Assembly (NCBI GenBank): GCA_964016885.1
Contig: CAXHJY010001328.1
Coordinates: 62,001 to 126,000, forward strand
DNA: 64,000 nt
Direction: 5' to 3'
Origin: Eledone cirrhosa
Taxonomy: Eukaryota
Part shown: in pieces, positions 1 through 13,323 of the stretch
How the letters are laid out: the number at the start of each line of letters is the position of its first letter
How positions within the stretch are numbered: the stretch's first letter is position 1
Program-made: the position numbers and the translations under genes
Notes under the pieces: generated by a model
The model's input: only the letters and a program-made list of their open reading frames with translations
Database searches by the model: none
What the model was told of the DNA's origin: nothing

Positions 1-897
1 GAAAGTTACAGAAAGAGTTATTGTACAGCTGATTAGGTACTAAATAAACCTAAATGAAATGCAGTTCGGATTTGTGCCAGGTAAAAGTTCCACGGATGCC
101 TTCTTCCTCGTGAAGCAACTGCAGGACCTAGCTAAAAGTAAGCCCCTTTACTTAGCTTTTGTTGATCTGGGAAAAGTTTTGACAAGGATCCCTGTTTTGT
201 AATCTGGTGGGCACTTAGTAAACTAGTGGTAGATGAGTGCTTGTGAGGGCCTTACAAGTCATGTACAGAGGTGCAGTCAGGAAGGTTAAAGTTAATAATG
301 ACTATAGCGAGGAATTTAGTGGGTAAGCTGGGATCCACTAAGGATCTATTCTTAGCCCTATTCTGTTTATTGTCATTGTCCAGGCTATAACAAAAGAGTT
401 TAAAACAGGATGAGAATTCCTATATGCCAATGAGCTAATTCTCATAGCAGAGTTGGAGAAGAAATTTCAGACCTGGAAGCATAGTTTAGAATAGAAAGGT
501 CTTAAAGTAAACTTGGCAAAGACTAAAGTCCTAGTAAGTAAAAAGGAAAACAAGGCCCTGATCATTTAAGAGAAATGGCCTTGCTCTGTGTGCACGAAAG
601 GAATCAGTAGAAATTCCATTCTATGTCCCAAATGCAAATTATGGGGACACAAAAGTAGGATCTCAGGCAGACAAGCAAAGAATGAAGGTTTTATATGTGG
701 TCAATGCACAGGAGTTGTAAGCAGCAAGATCTCACAGGAAATATGCACTATTAAATGCTCAGGGGACTCTGAAAAAGTAGTTGATAGCTTCTGTTACCTG
801 GATGACCAAATTAACAGTGGTGGTGGGTGTTCTGAAAGTATAGTAGCCGGTGTGAGAATGGGATAGAAAAAGTTCAGCGAGCCACTATCACTGCTAC
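1..897 (+). pseudogene. Degenerate RTE-clade LINE reverse transcriptase fragment
   Basis: Decayed homolog of the RT at 43547-45427 (QFGFVPGKSSTDA, LYLAFVDL, SILCPKCK..H, DSFCYL..GGGCSES) with stops and frameshifts; runs off the window start. Confidence 0.9.
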
Positions 898-1176
898 AAT
901 AGGCTTAACACCCACTTCCCTTGCAAGCATGAGAAGTGGGTGTTAAATGAAGATAATGATGGTAACAGAAATATTTGGAAACATCTCCTAAACTTTGTAT
1001 TCAGTTAATAAATTTAACAATTCTAAAGGTTTCAGTTTTAGTTTTTCAAAATTTGCTTTATATATTGACAATATAACTGGTTTAAAATGGGTACACTATA
1101 GTCCTGTGTGTATCTGGTTTAGAAAAGGTACACCATGTCCCTGTGTGTATCTAGTTTAGAATATAAAGATCATAAT

Positions 1177-1348
1177 TGTTTCTACTTTTGGCACAAGGCC
1201 AGCAATTACCCAGTACATTACTGGTACTTTATTTTATCGACCCCGTAAGGATGAAAGGCAAAGTTAACCTCGGCGGGATTTGAACTCAGAATGGCAAGGG
1301 CCGTAACTCTATGCGTCAAAGTATGGCGTCCGACCATCTACCGATAGG
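1177..1348 (-). mobile_element. tRNA-derived SINE (family A)
   Basis: Reverse complement of the 12264-12453 copy; B-box-like GAGTTCAAATCCC on the - strand; flanked by a 16-bp TSD ATATAAAGATCATAAT (1161-1176 / 1349-1364). Confidence 0.85.
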
Positions 1349-1539
1349 ATATAAAGATCATAATATCTGTGTGTTTATCTCATTTGGAGCAGGTACAATG
1401 TATCACCGTGTATATCTAGTTTAAAATAGGTACACTGTATTCCTGTGTGTATTTGGTTTAGAAATAGCTATACCGTATCCCTGTGTCTATCTAGTTTATA
1501 ATAGAAGGTACACAGTTTCCCTGTGTATATCCTGTAAAC

Positions 1540-1701
1540 ATGGTTGGTGTTAGGAAGGGCATCCAGCTGTAGAAAACCTGCCAGATAGTCCTATACGAGC
1601 GAGACAGTCTCCCGACCAATCTTGCCTCTAGTGGGACAATTCCCGTCTAAACCCATGCTAGCGTAGAAGATAGACGTTAAACGATGGTGATGATGATGAT
1701 G
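1540..1701 (+). mobile_element. RTE 3'-end fragment with (GAT)n tail
   Basis: Matches the RTE 3' UTR ends at 7895-8055 and 21238-21385 (GGTTGGTGTTAGGAAGGGCATCCAGC...CCCATGC...GACGTTAAACGATGATGAT). Confidence 0.8.
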
Positions 1702-1708
1702 AATAATT

Positions 1709-2490
1709 GCACTCTATCGCTGTGTGTACACCGTTTACAATAGGTACACTCTATTTCTGTGTGTACCCCGTTTACAATAGGTACACTCTATTGCTGTGTG
1801 TATCCCATTTACAATAGGTACACTATCTCTGTGTGTACCCCGTTTACAATAGGTACACTCTATCGCTGTGTGTACCCCGTTTACAATAGGTACACTCTAT
1901 CTATGTGTGTATCCCATTTACAATAGGTACACTCTATCGCTGTGTGTATCCCATTTACAATAGGTACACTATCTCTGTGTGTATCCCATTTACAATAGGT
2001 ACACTCTATCGCTATGTGTACCCCATTTACAATAGGTACACTCTATCTCTGTGTGTACCCCATTTACAATAGGTACACTCTATCTCTGTGTGTACCCCAT
2101 TTACAATAGGTACACTCTATCGCTGTGTGTATCACATTTACAATAGGTACACTCTATCTCTGTGTGTATCCCGTTTACAATAGGTACAATCTATCTCTAT
2201 GTGTACCCCGTTTACAATAGGTACACTCTATCTCTGTGTGTACCCCATTTACAATAGACACACTCTATCGCTGTGTGTATCCCATTTACAATAGGTAAAG
2301 TCTATCGCTGTTTGTAGCATGTTTACAATAGGTACACTCTATCTCTGTGTGTACCCCATTTACACTAGGTACACTCTATCACTGTGTGTACCCTGTTTAC
2401 AATAGGTACACTCTATCTCTGTGTGTACCCCGTTTACAATAGGTACACTCTATCGCTGTGTGTACCCCATTTACAATAGGTACATTGTAT
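1709..2490. repeat. ~36-bp minisatellite, about 21 copies
   Basis: Tandem TACACTCTATC(G/T)CTGTGTGTA(C/T)CCC(A/G)TTTACAATAGG; older degenerate units at ~1065-1160 and 1365-1530. Confidence 0.95.
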
Positions 2491-2619
2491 TTCTGCATGT
2501 CACAACAGATGAGTAAAAGGCATCAAGAATGGTATCTGGCTTTAAAATATTGCTTTAAAAAAGGACCTTATGTTATGGAGCTCACAAAACTAATCCCTAT
2601 TTTAGCCCAGGAAATGACC

Positions 2620-2848
2620 TTAACCCTTTAGCATTCACATTACTCTATATATACTGTTGTATTTTTGTAGTAAACACTTTATCTTACATAAATATCTCAT
2701 ATACTATCGAATCTATGAGATTTTGATATTATTTATTTTGAGAACAATACCTTAACATCAGTATAAGCGGCCAGTTTCAACTGGTTTGAACAGAAAGAGG
2801 AGAGACATTTCTGGCTGGATACAACCAGTTTGAATGCTAAAGGGTTTA
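2620..2848. mobile_element. piggyBac-like MITE
   Basis: TTAA-CCCTTTAGCATT ... AATGCTAAAGGG terminal inverted repeats; three more copies in the window. Confidence 0.8.
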
Positions 2849-3232
2849 AATATTTGTTGTGTTGTATTTCTATTGGAAAATCTTCATTGTAAAGCTCAGT
2901 TAACATGTTAACCTTTTTACTATTATCACAGTTTCTATTAGATTAGATTGACACATTGCTAGAACAACAGTAATATATCAACAGCAAACAATAATACACT
3001 TCATTTAAATTTTTCAGGTTCAAATCACAGTCATATTGGACATTCTACCAGTTACCAACATCTGGTATATATGTGGACATTCTACCAGTCACCAACATCT
3101 GGTATATCTGTGAACATTCTACCAGTCAATAACATCTGGTATATCCTTGGACTTGGTCTTATTACTCTGTTGAGGAGACATTAACCATCAAATATTCTTG
3201 AATCTATCTATTTATCTGTCTAATTCTCCTCT

Positions 3233-3278
<46 letters not shown>

Positions 3279-3392
3279 ATATATATATATATGCATATAT
3301 ACATAGATGGACATTAAACGATGATGATGATGACACACACCTTGTATATCTATGCATAATTTTGCTAAAAGTAAAAAACTGAAAGTAAAGAC

Positions 3393-5163
3393 ATGTCTAC
3401 CCAAAATAACAGTGATACTAACACTAAAGTCAAAGAACATTTACCACCGGAGCCATTCAAAGGTTCCAGTCTATCTCAGCAGAAACAGAAAAATGAAAGT
3501 CTTAATGGAAACCTTTCAAATACAAAGGAGAAACTCAGTAAGATCCCCAAAGGAAAACCTGCTGAGAAAAAACAGACTGATAATGTAGTAAAAGATATAA
3601 AGAACCAGACTGATAATGTAGTAACAAATATAGAGAAAAAACAGGCTGATAATGTTGTAAAAAATATAGAAAAAAAACAGGCTGATAATGTTGTAAAAAA
3701 TATAGAAAAAAACCAGGCTGATAATGTTGTAAAAGATATAAAGAACCAGACTGATAATGTTGTAAAAAATATAGAGAAAAAACAGGCTGATAATGTTGTA
3801 AAAAATATAGAGAAAAAACAGGCTGATAATGTTGTAAAAGATATAAAGAACCAGACTGATAATGTTGTAAAAAATATAGAGAAAAAACAGGCTGATAATG
3901 TTGTAAAAAATATAGAGAAGAACCAGGCTGATAATGTGAAATCTACAGAGAAGAACCAGGCTGATAATGTTGTAAAATCTACAGAGAGTAAGCAGGCTGA
4001 TAATGTTGTGAAATCTACAGAGAGTAAGCAGGATGATAATACAGGAAAAAATATAAAGAAGAAGCAGGTTTATAATGTAGTGATCCCTACAGATAGTAAG
4101 CAAGATGATAATGCAGGAAAATATATAAAGAAGAACCAGACTGATAAAGTAGTGAAATCTACAGAGATTAAGAAGAGTGATAATGCAGAAAAAAATATAA
4201 AGAAGAAGCAGGCTGATAAAGTAGTGAAAATTAAAGAGAAGAACCAGACTGATGAAGCAGTAAAGACTAATAATGTAATAAAAAATGTAAAGACTAACAA
4301 AACTGATTTAATAAAGACTACAGAGAGTAAACAAATTGATAATGTAGTAAAGAATAAGGGCGATAGCCAGACTGATAATGTAGGAAAGACTATAAAGAAC
4401 AGTCAGACTAATAGTGCTGGAAATACTATGGGCAATAGTCAGGCTGATAATGTAGTTACAAATATAAGGAATAACCAGGATAATAAGTCAGTAAAACCTT
4501 TGGAGTTAGTCAAAAATACAAACACAAACAAAGCTGATAATATAGTAAAAACTACAGACAAGAACCAGGTTGATAATGTTGGAAAAATTATAGAGAATGG
4601 TCAGATTGATAATGTAGGAAAAATTATGGGGAAGACTCAAAAACATAATGCAGTAAAAAATATAGAAAATAAGGAAACTGATAATGTAGTAAAAAATATA
4701 AAGAATAGTCAGGTTGATAATGTAGGAAAAAATATAGAGAACAAACAAACTGATAATGTAGGTAAAAATACAGAGAATGACCAGGCTGATAATGTAGAGA
4801 AAACTGGTAAAAGTAATATGAAATCAGAAAGTTCAGATGAACCAACTGACCAAGATAAACCCTCTGGTAGTTTATCTTTGAATATCTCTGAGATTGATTC
4901 CTACAGCAATGCCAATGAAGAAGAAGACAACCATATGGTCCTACCTTTGGAATCAGACTCTCGCAAACAGGGCCTAGAATTGGCAAAGACAGACCATTTG
5001 AAAGACAGTGAACTTTATGATGCTGAAAGTGACGGCTCAAATGTTGACGAGGATCAGGGCACAATTCAAGAAAGAACAGCTTTATTCCAGTCCTGCATCC
5101 CATATTTGCCAGTAGAAGCAGCTTCTGTTTGTTTTATATGCAATATTCTCATTCCAGGATTTG
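3393..5163 (+). CDS. Stum/SPEC3-family membrane protein, first coding exon (long 12-aa repeat region plus start of Stum domain)
   Basis: 590-codon open frame with QADNVVKNIEKK-type repeats, ending in FQSCIPYLPVEAASVCFICNILIPGFG (Stum 'IP.LP...A..C...N..IPG.G' motif); phase-1 GTACGT donor at 5164. Confidence 0.8.
3575..4800 (+). repeat. Coding 36-bp (12-aa) tandem repeat
   Basis: About 30 units of CAG(A/G)CTGATAATGT(A/T)GTAAAAAATATAGAGAAAAAA, most homogeneous at 3575-4030 and decaying 3'-ward with the frame intact. Confidence 0.9.
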
Positions 5164-5982
5164 GTACGTTAATTTTTTTTTAAATATTATTTTCAAACCA
5201 TACCTCTCCCAAAATATAGTGCCAAATAGCACTAGGAAGAGGAACTAATTCTAAAATACTTATACATACACATACATATATATTAAATGTGTATGGGAAT
5301 GCTCAGATTGTAGAGACAAATATCTCCTAATACTAAATAACATTTGCAATTATATTGAAGTGGAAGATTGGGAATGATTATATAAACAAAAGCATTGTCA
5401 TCTTAGCATTTTTCCAGCTCAATGTAAATTATTACTCTATATACTTGAATATAAGCCAACCCCACTGTTTTATGCTTGAGAATTGAGCAAAAATGCAAAC
5501 CTTATTTACGTAGAATTTGAAGTTGGTGAAAATCATCAAATTATTAACTCCAAATATAAACCACCCACTTCTACCATCGATGTTTTGGTCACATATTCCT
5601 TGTATATACAATAGTTTAGGAAAGTGTTGGAACGTGATGAACAAATAGATAGATGTTAAATTTCAGTATGTGTTATCCTTGATAGGATCCAAGTAATTCT
5701 ACATGTTCCTTTTACATAACTTATAATTACAAAACACAACAGACTTTACAAAGAGCAATTTATCAAAAATTTTGCAATTGTTTCGGTGTATAAAATCCTG
5801 TTTATTTTATTCTAGAACCTTATTTAGATATCCTGTGTATTTTCCCACTTTGGAGATTTCCTTGCATTGGACTTTAGTATACGTATAACTCCATTCACGT
5901 GCATTAGCCATGTATTAAAAGGCATACACACCCACATAGTATTTTTACAAAGAGAGTAAAGATGTAATAAACTGATAAGATT

Positions 5983-6302
5983 TTAACCCTTTAGCATTTA
6001 GATGACAAGTGGAGAGATGCTGAATAGGACCCGTCCCACCCTTGCAAGCAGGGAAAGGCAGACGTAAAATGGTGATGATGATGATGATGATGATTACTCT
6101 ATATATTCTGTAGTGTTTGCGTGGTAAAACCTTTATCTCACATAATTATATCACATAATATCGAATCTATGAGAATTTGATGTTATTTATTTTGATAACA
6201 ATACTTTAACATCAGTATGAGTGGTCAGTTACAGCAGGTTTGAATAGAAAAAGGTGAGAGAATTCTGGCTGGATATGGCCGGTTTAAATGCTAAAGGGTT
6301 AA
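5983..6302. mobile_element. piggyBac-like MITE carrying an inserted retroposon tail
   Basis: TTAA on both sides with CCCTTTAGCATT TIRs; ~90-bp insertion (~6003-6093) ending in (GAT)n that the sister copies lack. Confidence 0.8.
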
Positions 6303-6385
6303 GGGGACCTCAACTATGTGGGAGAATTGTCATCCTGTCTGATAAGGGTTCTAATAAAATCTCCTGAAATTATAGCTTCTCCAAA

Positions 6386-6597
6386 AATAATTGTTTCTAA
6401 TTAGACACAAGGCCAGCAATTTGAAGGGGGCGAGCAAGTCGATTAAATTGACCCAATTACATTACTGATGCTTTAATTTATGAACTCCTTAAGAATGAAA
6501 GGCAACCTAGCAAGATTTGGACTCAAAATGTAAAGAGCCAGAACTCTATGCCACAAAGCATTCTGTCCAATGCTCTACCGATTCTGCCAATCCACTT
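6386..6597 (-). mobile_element. Degenerate tRNA-derived SINE (family A related)
   Basis: ATAATTGTTTCTA...CACAAGGCCAGCAATT...GAATGAAAGGCAA...CTCTACCGATTCTGCCAATCCAC resembles the 47570-47749 copy. Confidence 0.7.
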
Positions 6598-6637
6598 CCT
6601 TAAATTCTCTTAAAATGATAAAGACATAAAATGAATC

Positions 6638-6865
6638 TTAACCCTTTAGCATTCAAACCGGCTGTATCCGGCCAGAATTCTCTCACCTCTTTCTGTTCAA
6701 ACTGGCGTTAACTGGCCACTCATACTGATGTTAAGGTATTGTTCTCAAAATAAATAATATTAAAATCCCATAGATTCAATATTATGTGAGATACTATGTG
6801 AGATAAAGCTTTTACTGTGAAAATACAATAGTATATATTGAGTAATGTAAATGCTAAAGGGTTAA
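6638..6865. mobile_element. piggyBac-like MITE (inverted relative to 2620 copy)
   Basis: TTAA-CCCTTTAGCATT...AATGCTAAAGGG-TTAA. Confidence 0.85.
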
Positions 6866-7221
6866 ACTACATATTTATAGGGAAATATTTTCCCTATAAT
6901 GGACTCTGATTGGCTAACTCATTGGCCAATTAGATAGAGACTTGGAACTGCTATCCAAGACGACTAATTAGATGTACCTCCTAGACTTCAGCCAAGACAG
7001 AATGACATTCCTACCACATAAAACATCTCTGGATGATTATATCTGTGATTACTTAAAAAACCCACCTCTTTCTTACATCTTTACCTCTTTTGTAAAAATA
7101 GCATATGGGCATGTAGGCCTTCTAGTATATGTATATATGTGTATATGTACACACACACACACACACATACATATTACATGCATAAATAAATCGAAATAAA
7201 ATCATTTGATTTTGTTGATCC

Positions 7222-8055
7222 AGGAAAGGCAGGTTGTATGATGCCTGCATACGAACAGCAATGTTGCATGGCAGTGAGACCTGGGCATTGTGTGCAGAGG
7301 ATATACGCAGACTAGAGAGGAACGAAGCTTGCATGCTCCGCTGGATGTGTAATAGTAATATACGTGAACGGCAAAGCATAAACGAACTAAGGAAAAAATT
7401 AGAGATAAGAGGGATCAGATGTTGTTTACTCGAGAGAAGGCTACGTTGGTATGGACACGTGATGCGCATGAAAGTCGATAGCTGTATAACAAAGTGCAGG
7501 GCAATAAAGATAGACGGTAGTCACGGAATAGGCAGACCTAGAAAAACATGGGATGAGCTGATAAACTCCGACCTCACACACTTACACCTCTCCAAGACAA
7601 TGTCACTGGACCGAGACCTTTGGCGGTACTCAGTAATAGAGAAGACCCGCCTTACCTAAATACATAGTAAAACCTACTACAGCCAGTAGGCATCTCTAAC
7701 AAAATACACCCCCGTCCCACCACCCACACCCCATCCACACCACCCCCTCCTATGTAAAGTTATGTTGGTGCCACACCATCCAGGCCGAAACAAATGAGAT
7801 CGTGTAGGTGTCACGACAAAAAAACACACAGTCCACGCTGTAATGTGGCCGTGTAGGCAACACGGTAAAAACCTCCCAGTCCCACACTGTAAATGTGGTT
7901 GGTGTTAGGAAAGGCATCCAACTGTAGAAAACCTGCCAGACAGTCCTATGCGAGCAAGACAATCACTCTTGCCTCAAGTGGGAATACCCCCGTCCAAACC
8001 CATGCAAGCGTGAAACACGGACGTTAAACGTTGATGATGATGATGATGATGATGA
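7222..8055 (+). mobile_element. 5'-truncated RTE LINE (ORF C-terminus, 3' UTR, (GAT)n tail)
   Basis: ORF 7234-7659 (MLHGSETW, RRLRWYGHVMRM, GRPRKTW) is nearly identical to 20507-21001; same UTR and tail. Confidence 0.92.
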
Positions 8056-8113
8056 TAAAAGCTCAATGAATATATATATATAACTCATGCAAGCATGAAA
8101 TATAGTTGTTATA

Positions 8114-8670
8114 TGGTGGGGGTGTGGGGTGGGGTGGGGGTGTTGATGATGATAGTGATGATGATGGTGGTGGTGGAGGTGATGGTGGTGTGGTGGTTGG
8201 TGGTTGTGGTGGTGTTGGTGGTGTTGTTGGGGGAGCGGGGTGATTGTGGTGTTGGTGGTGATGGTGGTGGTGGTGGTGGTGCGATGGTGGTGGTGGTGCT
8301 GTTGGTGGTGGTGGTGTTGTTGGTGGTGGTGGTGTTGTTGGTGGTGTGGTGGTGATAGTGGTGACGTTGATGATGATGGTGATGATGGCGTTGTTGGTGG
8401 TGGTGTGGTGGTGTTGGTGTGGTGTTGGTGGTGGTGTGATGGTGGTGTTGGTGGTGGTGTTGGTGATGATGGTGTTGTTGGTGGTGGTGGTGGAGGTGGT
8501 GGTGGTGGTGTGGTGGTGGTGTTGGTGTTGGTGGTGATGGTTGTGTTGGTGTTGGTGTCGGTGGTGTCGGTGATGGTGGTGGTGTTGGTGGTGGTGTGAT
8601 GGTGGTGGTGGTGGTGTTGGTGTTGGTGGTGGAGGTGATGGTGGCGGTGATGGTGATGATGATGATGATG
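8114..8670. repeat. Imperfect (GGT)n/(GAT)n microsatellite immediately upstream of exon 2
   Basis: Directly visible. Confidence 0.95.
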
Positions 8671-8698
8671 ATATATTTATATATTTTTTTCTCAACAG

Positions 8699-8887
8699 GG
8701 AGTATATTGTGTGGAATCTTCCAGTTCTGCTGTGGCTCAAAACAGATTAGCAACAAAAAGACAAGTGAGTCCACCAAGATCTTCATCAACTTTTTGGTCG
8801 GCATCATGCAGTTTTCTACACTTACCTTCTTCCTTGTGGGGTGGTTCTGGAGTATTGCTTGGGGACTGAAGATTTTATTATTTTCAA
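8699..8887 (+). CDS. Stum/SPEC3-family protein, second coding exon
   Basis: TTTTTTTCTCAACAG acceptor; phase matches exon 1 (G+GG=Gly). Encodes SILCGIFQFCCGS...FINFLVGIMQFSTLTFFLVGWFWSIAWGLKILLFS (Stum 'Q..T....VGW.WSI.WG' motif). GTAAGT donor at 8888. Confidence 0.85.
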
Positions 8888-9614
8888 GTAAGTCAGTGTG
8901 TCACTTTGAACCACAGTGACAGTCTACATTTATATGTGTGTGTGTGTGTGTGCTTGCATATATATATATATCCATGTATATATGCATATATATATATATA
9001 TATATATATGAAGTATTTCCGTAGGAAAGGTAAAGGAAAGGAGAGTGCTTTATGTATGCTACAGAGCTATTTAGTTATGTAATAAACAACATAAGACAAT
9101 TATTCAATTTACCAAAGGTTTCAGAAATTGATGAACGATTTCAGACGTCTGTGTTGAGCTCATCTGTCTTCATGAAACCTTTGGTAAATGGAATAATTGT
9201 CTTATGTTGTTTATTACATAATTATATATATATAACGAATAGTTTTATCGGTCTACATGACTGAACACTTGAAATGTAAATCTAAGTTTTTCGAATATTA
9301 ATAATAATATTCGATTCATTTACAATTATACAAACAGCCTCTTAAGCCATGTGAATAGAACGACCTTGTCATTCTTGCTTTTGTGTTGGCATATAAACAC
9401 AGAAAATATCATATATTTTCACTAGCTCTGACAGTTGGCAGGTAAACAGTATACGGTACTGATCAAGGGTAATGACCCAGAAACATTAATGTCATTGTTT
9501 CCTCGGTACGAATTGATGAAAGTCGATCGACTGTCGATATCTAAGTATATACATACATAAATGTGTGTGTGTCAAAATCATCATGTGTATAAATAAATAA
9601 ATATATATATACGA

Positions 9615-10137
9615 ATGATGCCTATTCACAAAAGTTTTGAATTGATATTTAAAAAAAAATTATTTACAAGAAACAAAATAAGAATATATATATTCATATT
9701 TTGTTTCTTGTAAATAATTTTTTTAAAAATATCAATTCAAAATTTTTGTGAATAGGCATCATATCTTGTCATTTACCTATGGTTTAAATTTCATATAAAT
9801 AGAAGGGAAAACATTTTCAGTGGGGGTTTGTGCCTCCGGGGAACCCTAATAGGGGGTTTAACCCCCTATTAGGGTGTCTTAATATTATTGAAATTTGCTG
9901 AAATTTTGTGAATAGGCATCATATCTTGTCATTTACCTATGGTTTAAATTTCATATAAATTGAAGGGAAAACTTTCAGTGGGGTTTTGTGCCCCCGGGGC
10001 ACCCTTTGATTAAAATGAAATATACTTATCCAAGTACCCTGGGCAATGTAGTTTCAGAATATATATGGTTATGGGGGTCTATCTCCAAAACCATAGGAGG
10101 AGTTCGTGAACAAACAAACAAACAGACAGGAAATACA

Positions 10138-10175
<38 letters not shown>
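9615..10175 (+). mobile_element. Possible non-autonomous Helitron-like element with a terminal hairpin
   Basis: Hairpin 9615-9762; internal ~100-bp direct duplication (9741-9840 / 9901-10000); 3' end GGAGTTCGTGAACAAACAAACAAACAGACAG...CTTTATATA resembles invertebrate non-autonomous Helitron ends (from recall). Confidence 0.4.
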
Positions 10176-10176
<1 letters not shown>

Positions 10177-10567
10177 CAAATAATATATTTCTTCATTGTA
10201 CTGTGTTGTTTGCTTTGTTATTTCCATTTGCCTTTTGAACACACACACACACACACATAGCAAGAGAGAGAGAGGGGAGAGAGGGGAAAGAACTTTTAAT
10301 AATTATTGTTTAATTGATGTATTTGGTTGCTATGGTGAGGCAGTAACAATAACAACAGCAACAAAAAGCCAAACACCAGTCATCTAGCAGGGGAGATCAA
10401 TATGGTTGTATGAGAAAATAATTGGTGTAGTGATTGATAGATATTGGAGTGGGGTTATGGAGGTGGGTGAGGGGGGAGGAGGGGTCACATTGATAAACAG
10501 GCAAAGAAATAGAAAAATAGATATACAAACATGTCAGAGAGATGAACAGGTATATAGATAGATTGTA

Positions 10568-11200
10568 GGACAGGGTGACAGACAGGTGGACAGGGTGACA
10601 GATGGACAGGGTGACAGACAGGTGGACAGGGGGACAGACAGGTGGACAGGTGGACAGGGTGACAGACAGGTGGACAGGTAGACAGGGTGACAGACAGGTG
10701 GACAGACAGGTGGACAGGGTGACAGACAGGTGGACAGGGGGACAGACAGGTGGACAGGGTGACAGACAGGTGGACAGGGTGACAGACAGATGGACAGGGT
10801 GATAGACAGGTGGACAGGGTGACAGACAGGTGGACAGGGTGACAGACAGGTGGACAGGGTGACAGACAGGTGGAGAGACAGATGGACAGGGTGACAGACA
10901 GATGGACAGGGTGATAGACAGGTGGACAGGGTGACAGACAGATGGACAGGGTGACAGACAGGTGGACAGGGTGACAGACAGGTGGACAGGGTGACAGACA
11001 GGTGGACAGACATATGGACAGGGTGACATACACGTTGACAGGGTGACAGACAGGTGGACAAGGTGACAGACAGGTGGACAGGGTGACAGACAGGTGTACA
11101 GGGGACAGACAGGTGGACAGGGTGACAGACAGGTGGACAGGGTGACAGACAGGTGGACAGGGTGACACATAGGTGGACCGGGTGTTAGACAGGTGGACAT
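10568..11200. repeat. 20-bp minisatellite (GGACAGGGTGACAGACAGGT)n
   Basis: About 30 tandem units. Confidence 0.95.
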
Positions 11201-11232
11201 TGTGTTAGAATGGTAGAAAGACAGATGGACAC

Positions 11233-11886
11233 ATGAGGATCTGCTGAAAAGTTCATAGGCTGACCAAGATACTCTCATGGAATGACCAAATGAGGTTTAT
11301 TTGTCAACATAGTCTCTAGAAAGAAACAATGCAGTTATTATCCTCTTCAGTGCCACAGGCGAGATATCTCGTCCTAACATGTTTGAACTTATTTCCAATA
11401 GTTCTGAACTTCAAAGCTAGATGGAGTTACTAGTTTATTGATGTGACGTTTGTCATTCAGATATGTGTTAATAAATGTTTGTTTAAAAAAATAGTCATTT
11501 TACTAAAAAAAAAACTCAACACAGCAACTGTAGCTGTGTAAAATATACACGGTAGTCAACACAGCAACTGTAGCTGTGTAAAATATACACAGTAGTCAAC
11601 ACAGCAACTGTAGCTGTGTAAAATATACATGGTAGTCAACAGAGCAACTGTAGCTGTGTAAAATATACACAGCAGTCAACACAGCAGCTGTAGCTGTGTA
11701 AAATATACATGGTAGTCAACACAGCAACTGTAGCTGTGTAAAATGTACATGGTAGTCAACACAGCAACTGTAGCTGTGTAAAATATACATGGTAGTTAAT
11801 GAGAAGAGTTGAAGGCATGCAAGATTTCTCAGCTCTAGCATCACTCCTTCATAGTCAGCTTATGAACTTTTCAGTTCACCCTTGTA
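11233..11886. mobile_element. Tc1/mariner-like MITE, long form containing a 40-bp tandem array
   Basis: TIRs CTGAAAAGTTCATAGGCTGAC ... GTCAGCTTATGAACTTTTCAG; sister copy at 16435-16626 lacks ~11340-11797. Confidence 0.65.
11517..11797. repeat. 40-bp tandem repeat x7
   Basis: CAACACAGCAACTGTAGCTGTGTAAAATATACA(C/T)(G/A)GTAGT. Confidence 0.95.
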
Positions 11887-12263
11887 GTATAAATGAGTGA
11901 CTATTCCACTGTTGAAGAATGTGACAGATAGATATATTTCTTTATTTGCCACAAGGGCGCCCAAGAAAAGGGGACAATACAAAGACATCTGGCGGAAATT
12001 TTACATACAGTTGTGTAAAAACGTTTTAACATTAAAATATAACAATCGAAATCCCCAATAAGGGGGAGGCGTTATAAATGGGTTGATAGACAAATAGATA
12101 CGTTGATAATGAAAGATATATGATAAATGGACATTGTATTAGATAATATGAAGGGCTGAGTATTCCACTGACACGTGTACTCAGGGAGATTCAGTATGAC
12201 ACTGGGTGATCTTTTGAATTACAGATACAATCTATGTTATATTGTACGAGTCTTACTGTGTAA

Positions 12264-12453
12264 GGGCGGTGGATTGGCAGTATCGGTAGAGGGTCGGACG
12301 CCATGCTTTGCAGCATAGAGTTACGGCCCTTTATAGTCTGAGTTCAAATCCCGCCGAGGTTAACTTTGCCTTTTATCCTTATGGGGTCGATAAAATAAAG
12401 TATCAGTAATACACTGGGGTAATTGCTGGTTTTGTGCCAAAAGTAGAAACAAT
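12264..12453 (+). mobile_element. tRNA-derived SINE (family A)
   Basis: A-box TGGCAGTATCGG and B-box GAGTTCAAATCC; flanked by an approximate TSD TTATA(T/C)TGTACGAGTCT. Confidence 0.85.
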
Positions 12454-13045
12454 TATACTGTACGAGTCTAAATATTTCAGAAACAGTGGGGATTAAGCTA
12501 GCATGGGAACCCTGGCAGTCCATCAGGACTGCCAGGGTATTATTTAAGTTAGCAAAAACAAACAAAATTAATTGGAGCCCCTTTAAATATTGTGGAGTCG
12601 CTGGGTACAGCCGAGAGAAGCAAATACGTAAAGAACATCTTATGCAAAACAACTGGGGGAGGGGGTAGATCGTAATAAAGTACTCTGAAGACAACACTTG
12701 ACAAGCATCTTTCCCTAGGGAAAGGTAGCGACATAACAACTACCTGCTAATCGATATATTGATCTATTAGCATCGTAAAACAATGAACTAATTAACTACC
12801 TATCTCTGACTTTTGTTTTATTTCCATTGTTCAACACACACACGCACATATCTAGGGATTGTAACGTCAAGTTAATTGTAACGTAATGTAATAACATCAT
12901 TCTGTCATTTCGATTACGGAAGTTCGATGAGCTTTTGATTGATTCCAGAATCAGGCCCGATCGATACAGATAGAACCTTGAGCTGATCAATCGTGGAACG
13001 TACGTCACACTTCAATAAATGTAATGAAAATTTAACACCTCCACC

Positions 13046-13109
<64 letters not shown>

Positions 13110-13323
13110 GTTATGCAAGAAATGCTTAGGATTATCCTGAATGCGGTAATGGTTAATTACTACACTAGATAGAGTTGACGTATGGTGAGGGGTTACTCAA
13201 AGAGTTATGGAAGAATAGTTGAAGAAACTCAGTTTCTGATCCTTCTGTATTCCGGAGTGTAGATAAAGAATAAAGAATGAATAATAACAGGTAGACATCA
13301 TAAAAAAGGTAATTTATTCCGAG

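Noticed and set aside
1709-2490. CRISPR-like 36-bp repeats
   Set aside because: Head-to-tail minisatellite with no spacers, no cas genes, eukaryotic context. The same period as the coding repeat at 3575 but unrelated in sequence.
8063-8807. Pro/His/Thr-rich and Val/Gly-rich ORFs
   Set aside because: (GGT)n microsatellite; only 8699-8887 has splice signals and a domain match.
9455-9497. Hammerhead-like CTGATCA-aGGGT-aatg-ACCCa-GAAAC-ATTAAT-GTC
   Set aside because: G8 is replaced by C with no compensation and stem I is poor; at best a dead copy.
10397-11278. Cys/Pro-rich keratin-associated-like ORFs
   Set aside because: Open in all three - frames because of the 20-bp minisatellite.
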